Assembly (NCBI GenBank): GCA_902771695.1
Contig: CACXXP010000001.1
Span: forward strand, 144,642-208,641
DNA from: an uncultured Pseudomonadota bacterium
Lineage (GTDB): Bacteria > Pseudomonadota > Alphaproteobacteria > Rs-D84
Reading direction: 5' to 3'
Length of the DNA stretch: 64,000 bases
Of this stretch, positions 18,031 through 27,287 are shown in pieces; positions within the stretch are counted from its first letter, which is position 1; each line of letters begins with the position of its first letter. The notes under the pieces were generated by a model. It searched no databases, was not told where the DNA came from, and saw only the letters and a list, made by a program, of their open reading frames with translations. Position numbers and translations under genes: made by a program.

Positions 18031-18989
18031 TAACACAAAAGCAGATAAAACTTTTTGACGAAAAAATATCAAACGCAAAATCTGTTGTGTTATTTGCGCA
18101 TAAAAATCCAGATGGTGACGCGTTGTGTTCTGTGGCGGCATTGGGGCATTTGATTGAATTAAATTATGGCAAAGAAGTCATATGTATGTATGACGGAAAT
18201 GTTCCAGATAATCTTGATAATATTCCATTGCGTCGTGATATGCATTACTATGCACGTGTGGACGAAAATATTCCTGTGGATGTTGCGATAGTCATGGATT
18301 ATGGAATCAAGCGTAATATTGGTGGCCCCCAAAAGTTTTTAGATAAAGCAAAATTTGTCATAGAAATAGATCACCATATAAATGATGACAAGGTTGGCGA
18401 TTTGTGCGTTGATGATGAAAGTGCCGCGGCCACAGGGGAAATAGTATACGAATTAATGCGTTTATTAAAATGGAAATCAGATTTAATGGTTTTGACGCTT
18501 TTATTGACCGCGATTGTTACAGATACTGGATGTTTCAAATATGTTAAAAATGGACGTGTATTAGAAATTGCTGCGGATTTGGTTGACGGTGGTGTAAATA
18601 TTCAACGCATCATAAATGATTTATCAAATAAACCACGTAAAACGGTTGTCACAGAATCTTTGGTCGCGGGCAGTGCAGAATTCTTTTATGGTAATAAATT
18701 GGCGATAGCAATTATTGATAATAAACAATACAAGAATCTTGATGGACGTGGCGAAACGGTTCTGGGGTTATTGGGGCAGATTCGCGGATTGGATTATATT
18801 GCATTACTGAAAGAACAAAAACCAAATCAAATTGGAATATCGTTGCGTGGCCGGTTCAAGCCAGTGGAACAAATTGCGGTTGAATTTGGTGGGGGTGGAC
18901 ATGAATTTGCCGCGGGCGCGGTTGTGAATGATACATTGGATAATGTAAAGAAACGTTTGTTGGCGTTATTTAAGGAGGTTATAAAATGA
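18027..18989 (+). CDS. DHH/DHHA1 phosphoesterase (NrnA-like oligoribonuclease/pAp phosphatase)
   Basis: HKNPDGDA, IDHH, TDTGCF, SLRG, FGGGGHEFAAG. Confidence 0.9.
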   Translation: MITQKQIKLFDEKISNAKSVVLFAHKNPDGDALCSVAALGHLIELNYGKEVICMYDGNVPDNLDNIPLRRDMHYYARVDENIPVDVAIVMDYGIKRNIGGPQKFLDKAKFVIEIDHHINDDKVGDLCVDDESAAATGEIVYELMRLLKWKSDLMVLTLLLTAIVTDTGCFKYVKNGRVLEIAADLVDGGVNIQRIINDLSNKPRKTVVTESLVAGSAEFFYGNKLAIAIIDNKQYKNLDGRGETVLGLLGQIRGLDYIALLKEQKPNQIGISLRGRFKPVEQIAVEFGGGGHEFAAGAVVNDTLDNVKKRLLALFKEVIK

Positions 18990-19600
18990 AGAGAATATTT
19001 GTTGCTATGATTTGTGTATTTATGGCGTTTGGTGCGTTCGCGGCAACGGATAAAGCGTTGGTTGCAAATGCAGAAAAATATCTGAATTCTATTACAGGTA
19101 TAACAGGTGATTTCGTTCAAACAAATAAGGGTAAAAAGGAAAAAGGAACTTTTTCTATGTTGCGCCCAGGACGCGTTCGTTTGGATTATAAAAACATGCC
19201 GGTGCAACTTATGGCGGACGGTTCGGATTTATATTTTTATGATAAGTCATTGGATCAAATTACAACCGTGCCGTTGACCAGTACGCCTGCGGGGATATTG
19301 GTACGCAAAAAGATAGATTTGCAAAATGCAGATATAAATGTTGTTGATACGGCGGTTGGCAAAACGACGTTTGCATTGAAGATGAACCTGCGTGGTCAAG
19401 AAGGTTTGGGCACCATGGTTATGGTGTTTAATAAAAAACCGGTATCATTAAATGCCTGGACAATCATAGATGCGGTTGGAAATAAAACAGATGTTTCATT
19501 TAGTAATCTAAAAACAAAAACGGATTTTGGTAAAAATTATTTTCAGGTTCAACGTCATAAAACGGTTAATACCAGTGGCGGTGATGATTTCTATGATTAA
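18986..19600 (+). CDS. lolA: Outer membrane lipoprotein carrier LolA family
   Basis: Signal peptide, DFVQ, RPGRVRLDY, ADG, PLTSTP. Confidence 0.85.
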   Translation: MKRIFVAMICVFMAFGAFAATDKALVANAEKYLNSITGITGDFVQTNKGKKEKGTFSMLRPGRVRLDYKNMPVQLMADGSDLYFYDKSLDQITTVPLTSTPAGILVRKKIDLQNADINVVDTAVGKTTFALKMNLRGQEGLGTMVMVFNKKPVSLNAWTIIDAVGNKTDVSFSNLKTKTDFGKNYFQVQRHKTVNTSGGDDFYD

Positions 19601-19602
19601 AA

Positions 19603-19878
19603 ATGTTTGGAATAAGTTGGGCGGAATTTATTGTCATATTATTGGTTGCTGTTCTGGTTATACCGGTGCGGTATTGGCCTGATGTGGCGCGTTGGTTGGC
19701 GCGGGTTGTAAAATTTATACGATCGCTTATTTGGAAAATAACCGATGCATCAGAACAAATCAAAGAACAAATAGATATGGAAAAACCCATAGATGATATA
19801 ATAAATACAACCACCAAAGATGTGCTGGACACAATTTCTGTAAAAAAGCCCGGTAAAAAACGCAAGGATGCAAAATGA
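19603..19878 (+). CDS. tatB: Twin-arginine translocase TatB
   Basis: MFGISWAEFIVILLVAVLVIP; upstream of tatC. Confidence 0.85.
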   Translation: MFGISWAEFIVILLVAVLVIPVRYWPDVARWLARVVKFIRSLIWKITDASEQIKEQIDMEKPIDDIINTTTKDVLDTISVKKPGKKRKDAK

Positions 19879-20588
19879 AAAAAATGACGATGATGCAACA
19901 TTTTGCAGAACTGCGCCGACGTGTTTTATGGACGGTGGGATTCTTTGTTTTGACATTTGGTCTTGGGTGGTTGGTTGCGCCATATATTCAAGAATTTTTA
20001 ACCAGTCCGCTGATTGCGGTGTGGGATGACGCACAAATGCTCTATACAGGGATAACCGATGGGTTGATGATAACGTTGTCATTGGCATTATTGGTTGCAA
20101 TTATGTTAACAATTCCGTTTGCGTTATATCAAACATGGGCGTTTGTTGCCCCTGGGTTACATCAAAATGAAAGACGTTTTGTTTTGCCAATATTTATACT
20201 TTCGCCATTGCTATTCATTACGGGGGCGGCATTTGCTTTTTATGCGTTGTTTCCAACAGTGTTCAGGTTCTTTATGAACTTAAATGAAATGGCACCTGTG
20301 CCGGCAATAATCATGCCGGCGGTTCGTGATTATTTGGGGTTTGCAATCGGTTTGTTAAAAGTATTTGGAATAGCGTTTCAATTGCCGTTGGTAATGGTTC
20401 TATTAAATCGCATTGGGGTGTTGTCGCGCGACAGCGCGGTCAAAATGCGTCGCTATGCCATTGTTATAATTGCTGTTGTTGCGGCAATTTTGACCCCCCC
20501 GGATGTTGTATCCCAGATATTATTGGCATTACCAATGTGGGCGTTATTTGAAATCAGTATTTTATTTATGAAAAAAACAGATGCATAA
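19875..20588 (+). CDS. tatC: Twin-arginine translocase TatC
   Basis: HFAELRRR, WAFVAPGL..NE, FQLP, ILTPPD. Confidence 0.95.
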   Translation: MKKMTMMQHFAELRRRVLWTVGFFVLTFGLGWLVAPYIQEFLTSPLIAVWDDAQMLYTGITDGLMITLSLALLVAIMLTIPFALYQTWAFVAPGLHQNERRFVLPIFILSPLLFITGAAFAFYALFPTVFRFFMNLNEMAPVPAIIMPAVRDYLGFAIGLLKVFGIAFQLPLVMVLLNRIGVLSRDSAVKMRRYAIVIIAVVAAILTPPDVVSQILLALPMWALFEISILFMKKTDA

Positions 20589-20640
20589 CTTTTTGCCCTA
20601 ACATATTTATTTTATGTGTTTTTTATGATATAATTTTTGC

Positions 20641-22278
20641 ATGAGAAAAATTTTCTGGGGAATTTTAGTGGCGGTGTTTTTTGCGGCGTGTGATTTGCAA
20701 CCAAAAATCACATCGTTACCTGATACGGTTGGCGATTTTATTTCGGCACGTTATCCTGCATTGTTGGCGGACCCAAATACAGAATCAGAAATATATAATT
20801 CAGCAGCACGTGACTATGGCGTGTATGCATCGCCTGAATTATACGGGTCAGTAGACATGGGCGATTATGTTAATTATGTTGGGGTTGATGATTATATGTT
20901 GCCGGTGGATGATGATACGGATAATGATGAAAATGAATCTGCAGATGAATCGGGTTCCCAAGATATACAACAAGAAGAGGATGATAGACCGGAAGAAACG
21001 GAAACAGATGCAAATGATGCATCAGAAGAAGTAGAAGAGATTGACGTCATAGATATTCCTGAATACAAAACAGATGAAATAAATGTCCCGGCGCGTGCGG
21101 CAACTGGCACGGTTGTCGTGCGGCGTGGTGATACGTTGTATGCAATTGCACGTGAAAATGGGATGACTTTGGATGAAATTGCGCGTGCGAATAATTTGTC
21201 TGAACCGTACACGATTCGGATAGGGCAGGTTCTAAAAATAAAAACCGAAACACCGATAAAAACAGAGGTCAAGCCAGCCCCCAAGGCAGAAAAAGAAGTT
21301 GCAAAAGGAACCCCAAAGCCAACACCAAAGCCGGTTAAAGAAGTCACCAAGTCTGAACCAAAACCCACAAAAGAAGTCGCAACAAAAAAGACAGAACCCA
21401 AGGTTATAAAGTCAGAACAGCCGGTCAAATCGGAACCCAAGGCCCCAAAAGATATTCGTGTGCCAATCAAAGATATTACGGTTGCGCGTGGTGATACTTT
21501 GTATTCTATTTCGCGTAAATATTCTGTGCCTGTAAATGATTTGGCGGTTATGAACGGATTGTCGGCGCCGTTTTCATTAAGTGTGGGACAAACATTGCAT
21601 GTGCCCGATTTACAGGTGCGCATGGCGGACACGCCCAAGAAACCCACAACCACAACGGTCAAGGTATCGGATAAAAAGGTTGAAACAAAAAAAACAAACA
21701 TAAAAGAACAACCGGTCAAGAAAGCAGATAATAAAGTTGTCAAACAAGAACCGGCGAAAAAAGCAGAGACAAAAAAGGCAGAAAACAAAAAACAAGAGAC
21801 AAAAAAGACGGTTAAAACCGAACCCAAGAAAACAACTGAACCCAAACCCACAACCAAAACGCCGAAAAAAACAGAAGCACCAAAGATAGTGGCACGTTCT
21901 TCGTCAAAGTTTTCGTGGCCGGTGCGTGGCAGTATCTTGTCGCATTATGGGGCAAAAACGGGCGGATTGTACAACGATGGTATAAATATATCCGCGGCGT
22001 TGAATACATCGGTTCTGGCCGCAGAAAATGGTGTTGTCGCGTATGCCGGGAACGAGGTTCGTGGTATGGGTAACCTGGTTATTATTCAACATGCAGATGG
22101 GTGGATGACGGTTTATGCACATATGAATTCTATGACGGTGCGCCGCGGTGCACGTGTGTCGGTTGGTCAAAAAATAGGTACAGTTGGAAAAACGGGCAAG
22201 GTCACAACCCCACAATTACATTTTGAAATTCGTAAGGGTACCAAGGCATACAATCCGGTAAATTATTTAAAAAAGTAA
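20641..22278 (+). CDS. LysM x2 / M23 peptidase lipoprotein (NlpD/DipM-like)
   Basis: Lipobox FAAC, two LysM domains (VRRGDTLY, VARGDTLY), M23 FSWPVRG, YNDGINI, TVYAH, PQLHFEIR. Confidence 0.9.
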   Translation: MRKIFWGILVAVFFAACDLQPKITSLPDTVGDFISARYPALLADPNTESEIYNSAARDYGVYASPELYGSVDMGDYVNYVGVDDYMLPVDDDTDNDENESADESGSQDIQQEEDDRPEETETDANDASEEVEEIDVIDIPEYKTDEINVPARAATGTVVVRRGDTLYAIARENGMTLDEIARANNLSEPYTIRIGQVLKIKTETPIKTEVKPAPKAEKEVAKGTPKPTPKPVKEVTKSEPKPTKEVATKKTEPKVIKSEQPVKSEPKAPKDIRVPIKDITVARGDTLYSISRKYSVPVNDLAVMNGLSAPFSLSVGQTLHVPDLQVRMADTPKKPTTTTVKVSDKKVETKKTNIKEQPVKKADNKVVKQEPAKKAETKKAENKKQETKKTVKTEPKKTTEPKPTTKTPKKTEAPKIVARSSSKFSWPVRGSILSHYGAKTGGLYNDGINISAALNTSVLAAENGVVAYAGNEVRGMGNLVIIQHADGWMTVYAHMNSMTVRRGARVSVGQKIGTVGKTGKVTTPQLHFEIRKGTKAYNPVNYLKK

Positions 22279-22282
22279 AATA

Positions 22283-23233
22283 ATGTTCAAGTATTTGGTT
22301 ATAACATTGGTGTTTTTTGTCACATCTAATGCCATCGCAGAGGATTTATCATTGCAACGGATTCAAGATTTGGTTGATACCAGCAGTGTCGTATGTTCTG
22401 GAATATCTGATGAAATATCGCAGGTTGCAAAAATATCAAAAGTAAATACAGCGGTGACGGCGGTTGGAACGGTTGCCGCGGGTGGTGCATTGGTTGCCGG
22501 AATTAAAAAATCCCAAGAAGAAGAGGAAATAGAGAAATTAGTCAATGAAATCTGCGCAGCTGGGGGATGCACCGCAGACGGAATCAATAAAATGAGCAAT
22601 GAAGTATTTTTGAATAATGTTTTGCAACCAATGGCAAAAATTTCAGAATTGCAACAACGTATACAAAAATCAAAACGTTTGGGTAATTGGCGTACGGGGC
22701 TATTGGGGGGAACAATCGGAACAAATTTGGTGTCGGCCATAATGTCTGGAATGAATTCAAACCAATCTGATTTAATTCAGCATATTTCGGCATGTAATGA
22801 GGTCGTTAATCAAATTAAGGCAGCAAGTGCGCAATTGGTCAATGTAGATGTGAATCCATTGGAGAATGCCAATATTAGAAAGTTAAACAACATAAAAAAT
22901 CATTGTGGAAATATAGATACAGCAAGTGTTGAAAAAATAGAAAAACGTATGAAGGGGGTTATGGGTACCAGTGTCGCAGGTGTGGTTATTGGCACAGTAG
23001 GAACGATAACCAGTGCATCGGCTAATTCAGATAAATACATGGACATAAATAACAAGATGACATTGACGGACGAAGAGCGGAATAAACAGAAAAATCTTAA
23101 CACAACATCAAATGTTATGGCGGGTGCTAATGTTGTGACGGGTGCCGTAGAGACGGGATTAAATGTTTCGCTGATAAACCTAACCAAAAAACTTATATCC
23201 CAGGCACAGTTATGTGAAGAGGTGTTACGATGA
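22283..23233 (+). CDS. Secreted hypothetical protein with Gly/Ala-rich hydrophobic hairpins
   Basis: Signal peptide; alternating charged helices and small-residue hydrophobic segments; spaced Cys. Confidence 0.7.
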   Translation: MFKYLVITLVFFVTSNAIAEDLSLQRIQDLVDTSSVVCSGISDEISQVAKISKVNTAVTAVGTVAAGGALVAGIKKSQEEEEIEKLVNEICAAGGCTADGINKMSNEVFLNNVLQPMAKISELQQRIQKSKRLGNWRTGLLGGTIGTNLVSAIMSGMNSNQSDLIQHISACNEVVNQIKAASAQLVNVDVNPLENANIRKLNNIKNHCGNIDTASVEKIEKRMKGVMGTSVAGVVIGTVGTITSASANSDKYMDINNKMTLTDEERNKQKNLNTTSNVMAGANVVTGAVETGLNVSLINLTKKLISQAQLCEEVLR

Positions 23234-24120
23234 ATACTGTAAAAGTATTTTTATGGTGTCTGTTGCTGTGGCCCATGGTGGTGCATGCAGAATGGATTGG
23301 AACATCAGATAAAAGAAGGTATGTAACCGATGAAGAGAAAATGAAATTTCCATATAACACGGTTGTGCGTTTTGATAATGGCAGCACATCCACAGGTACT
23401 TTTGTTTCCAAAAATTTAATTTTAACATGTCGGCATTGTGTTGATGATTCTGATAGTATAGATTATTATACAACCGATGGAAAAAAACATACAGGTTTTG
23501 TTTTTGGGGTAAGTAAAAATGCGGATTATGCCCTTGTGGCAACGACAGATATTTTTGATGGTGATGTCCCTGGTATGTACGCAAAAACAAGTTATGCAGG
23601 TAGTGTTAAGCGTATAGGTTATGATAATTTGAAAGTATTATCCGATGATGAATTAACGGTGATAAAAAAATCTGTTGCAAATATTCTAGCAAACCCGCGC
23701 GAAAGTGACGCTGGGTTAAGTACCGCTGATAAGGTAATGTCAATGATGATTGATTTGGAAATTGATTTGTTGTTGAATCATAATTGTTCAGATTCAAATA
23801 GTAAGGGATGTGTACATTGTGTTGGTGATAGGCAATGTATATTTTGGGATAATCACAATTTGAAAGTGCAGGATTCCTGTACAATTGTTTCACTTAGTGA
23901 CGGAAAATTGAAAACCACATGTGCTGGAACAAGTGGCGCATCTGGATCTTCGTTATTAAGTAATTCTGATAATAATATTCGAGGAATTCTGGTTTCGGTG
24001 GATCCAAAATTTGAAATTGGTATCAAAACGCAACCAACTTCTTATGCAGTTAAACCTGAAGATTATTATGAATCGGTTAATATAGGAATAGATAAAGTAG
24101 AAAAAATCGTTAATCAATAA
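23230..24120 (+). CDS. Secreted trypsin-like (V8-type) serine protease
   Basis: FPYNTVV, TGTFV, ILTCRHCV (His), DYAL (Asp), GASGS (Ser). Confidence 0.85.
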   Translation: MNTVKVFLWCLLLWPMVVHAEWIGTSDKRRYVTDEEKMKFPYNTVVRFDNGSTSTGTFVSKNLILTCRHCVDDSDSIDYYTTDGKKHTGFVFGVSKNADYALVATTDIFDGDVPGMYAKTSYAGSVKRIGYDNLKVLSDDELTVIKKSVANILANPRESDAGLSTADKVMSMMIDLEIDLLLNHNCSDSNSKGCVHCVGDRQCIFWDNHNLKVQDSCTIVSLSDGKLKTTCAGTSGASGSSLLSNSDNNIRGILVSVDPKFEIGIKTQPTSYAVKPEDYYESVNIGIDKVEKIVNQ

Positions 24121-24124
24121 AACA

Positions 24125-24147
24125 AAAACCGACATAAAGTCGGTTTT
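24125..24147. terminator. Bidirectional terminator between the protease gene and tRNA-Lys
   Basis: AAAACCGAC-ATAAA-GTCGGTTTT. Confidence 0.7.
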
Positions 24148-24153
24148 AATTTT

Positions 24154-24229
24154 TGGTGGGCGCATGGGGACTCGAACCCCAGACCCACTGATTAAGAGTC
24201 AGTTGCTCTACCAACTGAGCTATGCACCC
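24154..24229 (-). tRNA. tRNA-Lys (CTT)
   Basis: Reverse complement GGGTGCATAGCTCAGTTGGTAGAGCAACTGACTCTTAATCAGTGGGTCTGGGGTTCGAGTCCCCATGCGCCCACCA; 76 nt, CCA encoded. Confidence 0.97.
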
Positions 24230-24414
24230 GTGGATCATTTGACCCGCTGATTATATACCTTTTTTTATAAATTGCAAGTTGAAAACGCTGAATGCCGTAT
24301 ATGCCCGCGTTCCCAAGGTATCCATACCTATGCAAAGTTGGTAATTCCCATGATATTATCATTGTGTCCAAGAGTGTATAAAACACCCGGAAAGAAAAAC
24401 AAAAAGGAGAAAAA

Positions 24415-25017
24415 ATGAAAAAAGTCGCAATTCCTGTCTTGGCCGCAATTGTTGCATGCCCAGCCATGGCCGGACAACATCATCAAGAATCTTTTTGGGA
24501 TACGTTGAATCCGTATATGGGTTTGCGTATCGGGGCAGGTTATACAAACCATAATTACAGTTTTAATGGTAAAAAAGAATCTTTGACCGATGAAGAAATG
24601 CATGGTCGTATCGCACTTGGGTTAGCTATGTGGTGCAATAGAGCACGTACCGAAGTTGAATGGTCATTGTTTACAAAAATGAAAGACGATGCAACATTTG
24701 GTGCCGACCGAGTCAAAGTTGATACCAAATTGCAGACATTGTTGATGAATGCCTATATGGATTTGGGCGACTATAAAATGGTACGTCCTTTTGTTGGTAT
24801 GGGTGCTGGTGTCGCATTCACAGATGTTACACGTGATGTTGTTGGCGTAGGATCCAAAAGCCATGATCAAACAGGATTTTCGGCAATGGGAACAATGGGG
24901 GTAACCATAGATTGGAGCATGTTTGCCATTGATATGGCGTTCCGTTATACCTATGCTGATATCAATTCCGGCCTGCATAACTTCGGTGGCGATATTGGTA
25001 TTAGATATATGTTCTAA
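24415..25017 (+). CDS. Outer membrane beta-barrel protein (opacity/porin-like)
   Basis: Signal peptide, RTEVE, LMNAYMD, RPFVGMGAG, C-terminal GIRYMF. Confidence 0.88.
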   Translation: MKKVAIPVLAAIVACPAMAGQHHQESFWDTLNPYMGLRIGAGYTNHNYSFNGKKESLTDEEMHGRIALGLAMWCNRARTEVEWSLFTKMKDDATFGADRVKVDTKLQTLLMNAYMDLGDYKMVRPFVGMGAGVAFTDVTRDVVGVGSKSHDQTGFSAMGTMGVTIDWSMFAIDMAFRYTYADINSGLHNFGGDIGIRYMF

Positions 25018-25038
25018 AATTTTAACATGGTGTTCTGG

Positions 25039-25066
25039 AAAGCCCCGGATTATTGGCGGGGCTTTT
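25039..25066 (+). terminator. Intrinsic terminator
   Basis: AAAGCCCCG...CGGGGCTTTT. Confidence 0.7.
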
Positions 25067-25109
25067 GTATGAATCCCTGTGTAACATAACAAATCTAATG
25101 GAGGTACAA

Positions 25110-25676
25110 ATGACAAAAGCAGTAGAAAAACTTACAAAATGGACAATCGCACTTGGTGCGGTTTTAATGCTGGCCGCTTGTGGTGGGGGATGTGGTGGTG
25201 ACCATCATGATATGCATAAACATCGCGGACATCGTGATATGGCTGAACCCCAGGAAGTCGTCGTATACGAAGCCAGTGAAACAATAGTTGCCGAAGTTCC
25301 AATGGCAAATAAAATGAAGGCGAAAATGTACACCCGCAGCAGCACAGGCGGCACATCAGAAATGGGGTATGTTAAATTTGCACCTGCAAATAATGGTGTA
25401 AATATGATGGTTGATGTTAAAGATTTGCGTGTCGGCAAAGATTACATGGTGAAAATATTCCCATGTGGCAATTGCAATGATTACAGTTGCTGTTCCACCC
25501 AGTGTCTGAATATTAACACGCCGGTATTATCAATTGATGCGCCGGGACGTTTAACCCAGACGTTTTATATCCCCGGTGTCAGTTGTTCTGATTTAGACAA
25601 TGCAAAAATCGTATTTATGCGTGATGGTGGGTACAAAGCCGCATGGGGTAAAATTAAACGGGTTTCACAACAATAA
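25110..25676 (+). CDS. Lipoprotein with His-rich N-terminus and Cu/Zn-SOD-like domain lacking canonical ligands
   Basis: GGAGG RBS, LAAC lipobox, DHHDMHKHRGH, GYVKF...GVNMMVDVKDLRVG...KIFPCGNC, AWGKI. Confidence 0.6.
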   Translation: MTKAVEKLTKWTIALGAVLMLAACGGGCGGDHHDMHKHRGHRDMAEPQEVVVYEASETIVAEVPMANKMKAKMYTRSSTGGTSEMGYVKFAPANNGVNMMVDVKDLRVGKDYMVKIFPCGNCNDYSCCSTQCLNINTPVLSIDAPGRLTQTFYIPGVSCSDLDNAKIVFMRDGGYKAAWGKIKRVSQQ

Positions 25677-25701
25677 AATTGTATAAAATGGCGAATATTT
25701 T

Positions 25702-25727
25702 ACCACCCAAATTTGGGTGGTTTTTTT
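25702..25727 (+). terminator. Intrinsic terminator
   Basis: ACCACCCAAATTTGGGTGGTTTTTTT. Confidence 0.75.
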
Positions 25728-25766
25728 ACTTTAAGAAAGAAATCCTGTATGCTAAACTCATGCATT

Positions 25767-27287
25767 ATGAAACGTGTTGTAATATTTTGTGCATTTTTAT
25801 TTGCATTTTGTTCATTGAATGCATTTGGTGTAGATGGTGCATTATATTATTCTGGAACCGTATCGCCAATTACTTCTGACCAAGTGATAGAAAATGATAT
25901 TCATATAACGGGGAATACGGTATTGGAAAACAATGGTGTGATACTTGGACATATTTATTTTGATGGCCCATTTAACTTAACCATTATAAATCATAATAGT
26001 ATAGAAAGTGTTTTTACTATGTATGACAATGCAACAATTACGCAATTGATATCGTCCACCGCAGATATTAATACAATTGGTAATGCAACAGGATACACTA
26101 TCAATGTGACAAATGCAGATGGGCTGGATATCGCGGATGTACTTGCGATATCTGGTAATGCGTCCGAGATAAATATAGCGAATTCTACGATTTTCATAGA
26201 CGAACCCCATATAAACTTTGATATACCAATACATTTAAATAACAGTGTTTCTTTTGTTGTTGATGGATCTCGTTTGGGCCAAACTTGTGTATTACTTACA
26301 AATATTCAAGGTAATGCATCTGGGACAGAAACAATAAATGTAGATTCAATGTATGCTGCAACATCTGATGTTGTGGATGGTATATTAAAGGTGACATTTG
26401 AACGTCAAACAAATTATTCAATTGTGTTTGGTGGGACATTTGGTGAATATTTGGATTCTTTGCGTGATGCGGATGCCGATGATAGATTCATTAGACATTT
26501 AGACCGGGCAAGAGACAGAAATGAATTGAACAGTATCATTGCGAAATCGGCGCGTGTAAATTCTATTTTATTGACCAAACCATTACGAACGTTTAATGCG
26601 TTAAATGATGTTCGGATATTCAATGATTCTGATATGATGGCGACCATAAAACCATTTTATATTTATTCTGATGAATTCAGTGGTTGGGGCGGATATGTAA
26701 ATATATCTGGCAATGTTTATAATAATGTGTTTGCAAATATTGGAATACATGGTGGCAGGTTAAATTATGATGGTGAATTGGATACATATAATGCAACGCT
26801 ATACGGCGGAAACTTTGATGTGTCGTATACAGATAAAGATTTCTATGTCGGTACATATGGAACGATGACGTATGCAAATTTCAATGATATAAGTGTATTT
26901 AAGGATGATAAAATTGTTGAAAATCCGCATGGATTTGCCGGTCGTTTTGGACTGGATTCGGGAATGATATTCAATATATTTGATGATATAAAATTTGCGC
27001 CTTTCTTGGGTGGCGTTGTGGATTATGCAAGTATATTGGATAACAGTGATTTAGATTTACACTTGCGTTTGGGGGCAGAAACAATGGTGGCCACAATCCA
27101 GGATGGAAATAAATATGGCGTTGGATTGCGTACATATATTCAGACCGATGGCAGTATTTATGCAATGTTAAATTCTAATATGTTATCTATTGCTGATGGT
27201 GTTGGTGGCGGAATAAACCTTGGGGTACTGTACAGCGATTCGGTTATATCATACAAGGTGGCTTTAGATATCAAATTTATATTTTAA
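25767..27287 (+). CDS. Autotransporter-like outer membrane protein
   Basis: Signal peptide, Asn/Ile-rich beta passenger, helical linker, amphipathic C-terminal strands ending in F. Confidence 0.65.
   Translation: MKRVVIFCAFLFAFCSLNAFGVDGALYYSGTVSPITSDQVIENDIHITGNTVLENNGVILGHIYFDGPFNLTIINHNSIESVFTMYDNATITQLISSTADINTIGNATGYTINVTNADGLDIADVLAISGNASEINIANSTIFIDEPHINFDIPIHLNNSVSFVVDGSRLGQTCVLLTNIQGNASGTETINVDSMYAATSDVVDGILKVTFERQTNYSIVFGGTFGEYLDSLRDADADDRFIRHLDRARDRNELNSIIAKSARVNSILLTKPLRTFNALNDVRIFNDSDMMATIKPFYIYSDEFSGWGGYVNISGNVYNNVFANIGIHGGRLNYDGELDTYNATLYGGNFDVSYTDKDFYVGTYGTMTYANFNDISVFKDDKIVENPHGFAGRFGLDSGMIFNIFDDIKFAPFLGGVVDYASILDNSDLDLHLRLGAETMVATIQDGNKYGVGLRTYIQTDGSIYAMLNSNMLSIADGVGGGINLGVLYSDSVISYKVALDIKFIF

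Noticed and set aside
20494-20500. C7 tract in tatC as a phase-variation site
   Set aside because: It encodes the conserved TPPD motif of an in-frame housekeeping gene.
20892-21857. 321-aa antisense ORF
   Set aside because: It is the mirror of the Lys/Glu/Pro-rich low-complexity linker of the LysM/M23 gene.
22283-24229. Integrated prophage or ICE at tRNA-Lys
   Set aside because: No integrase or att duplication was seen; reported only as a possible variable slot.
24230-24414. Riboswitch upstream of the beta-barrel gene
   Set aside because: Only short palindromes (AGGTAT-CC-ATACCT) are present and no aptamer was recognised; the space must also hold two divergent promoters.
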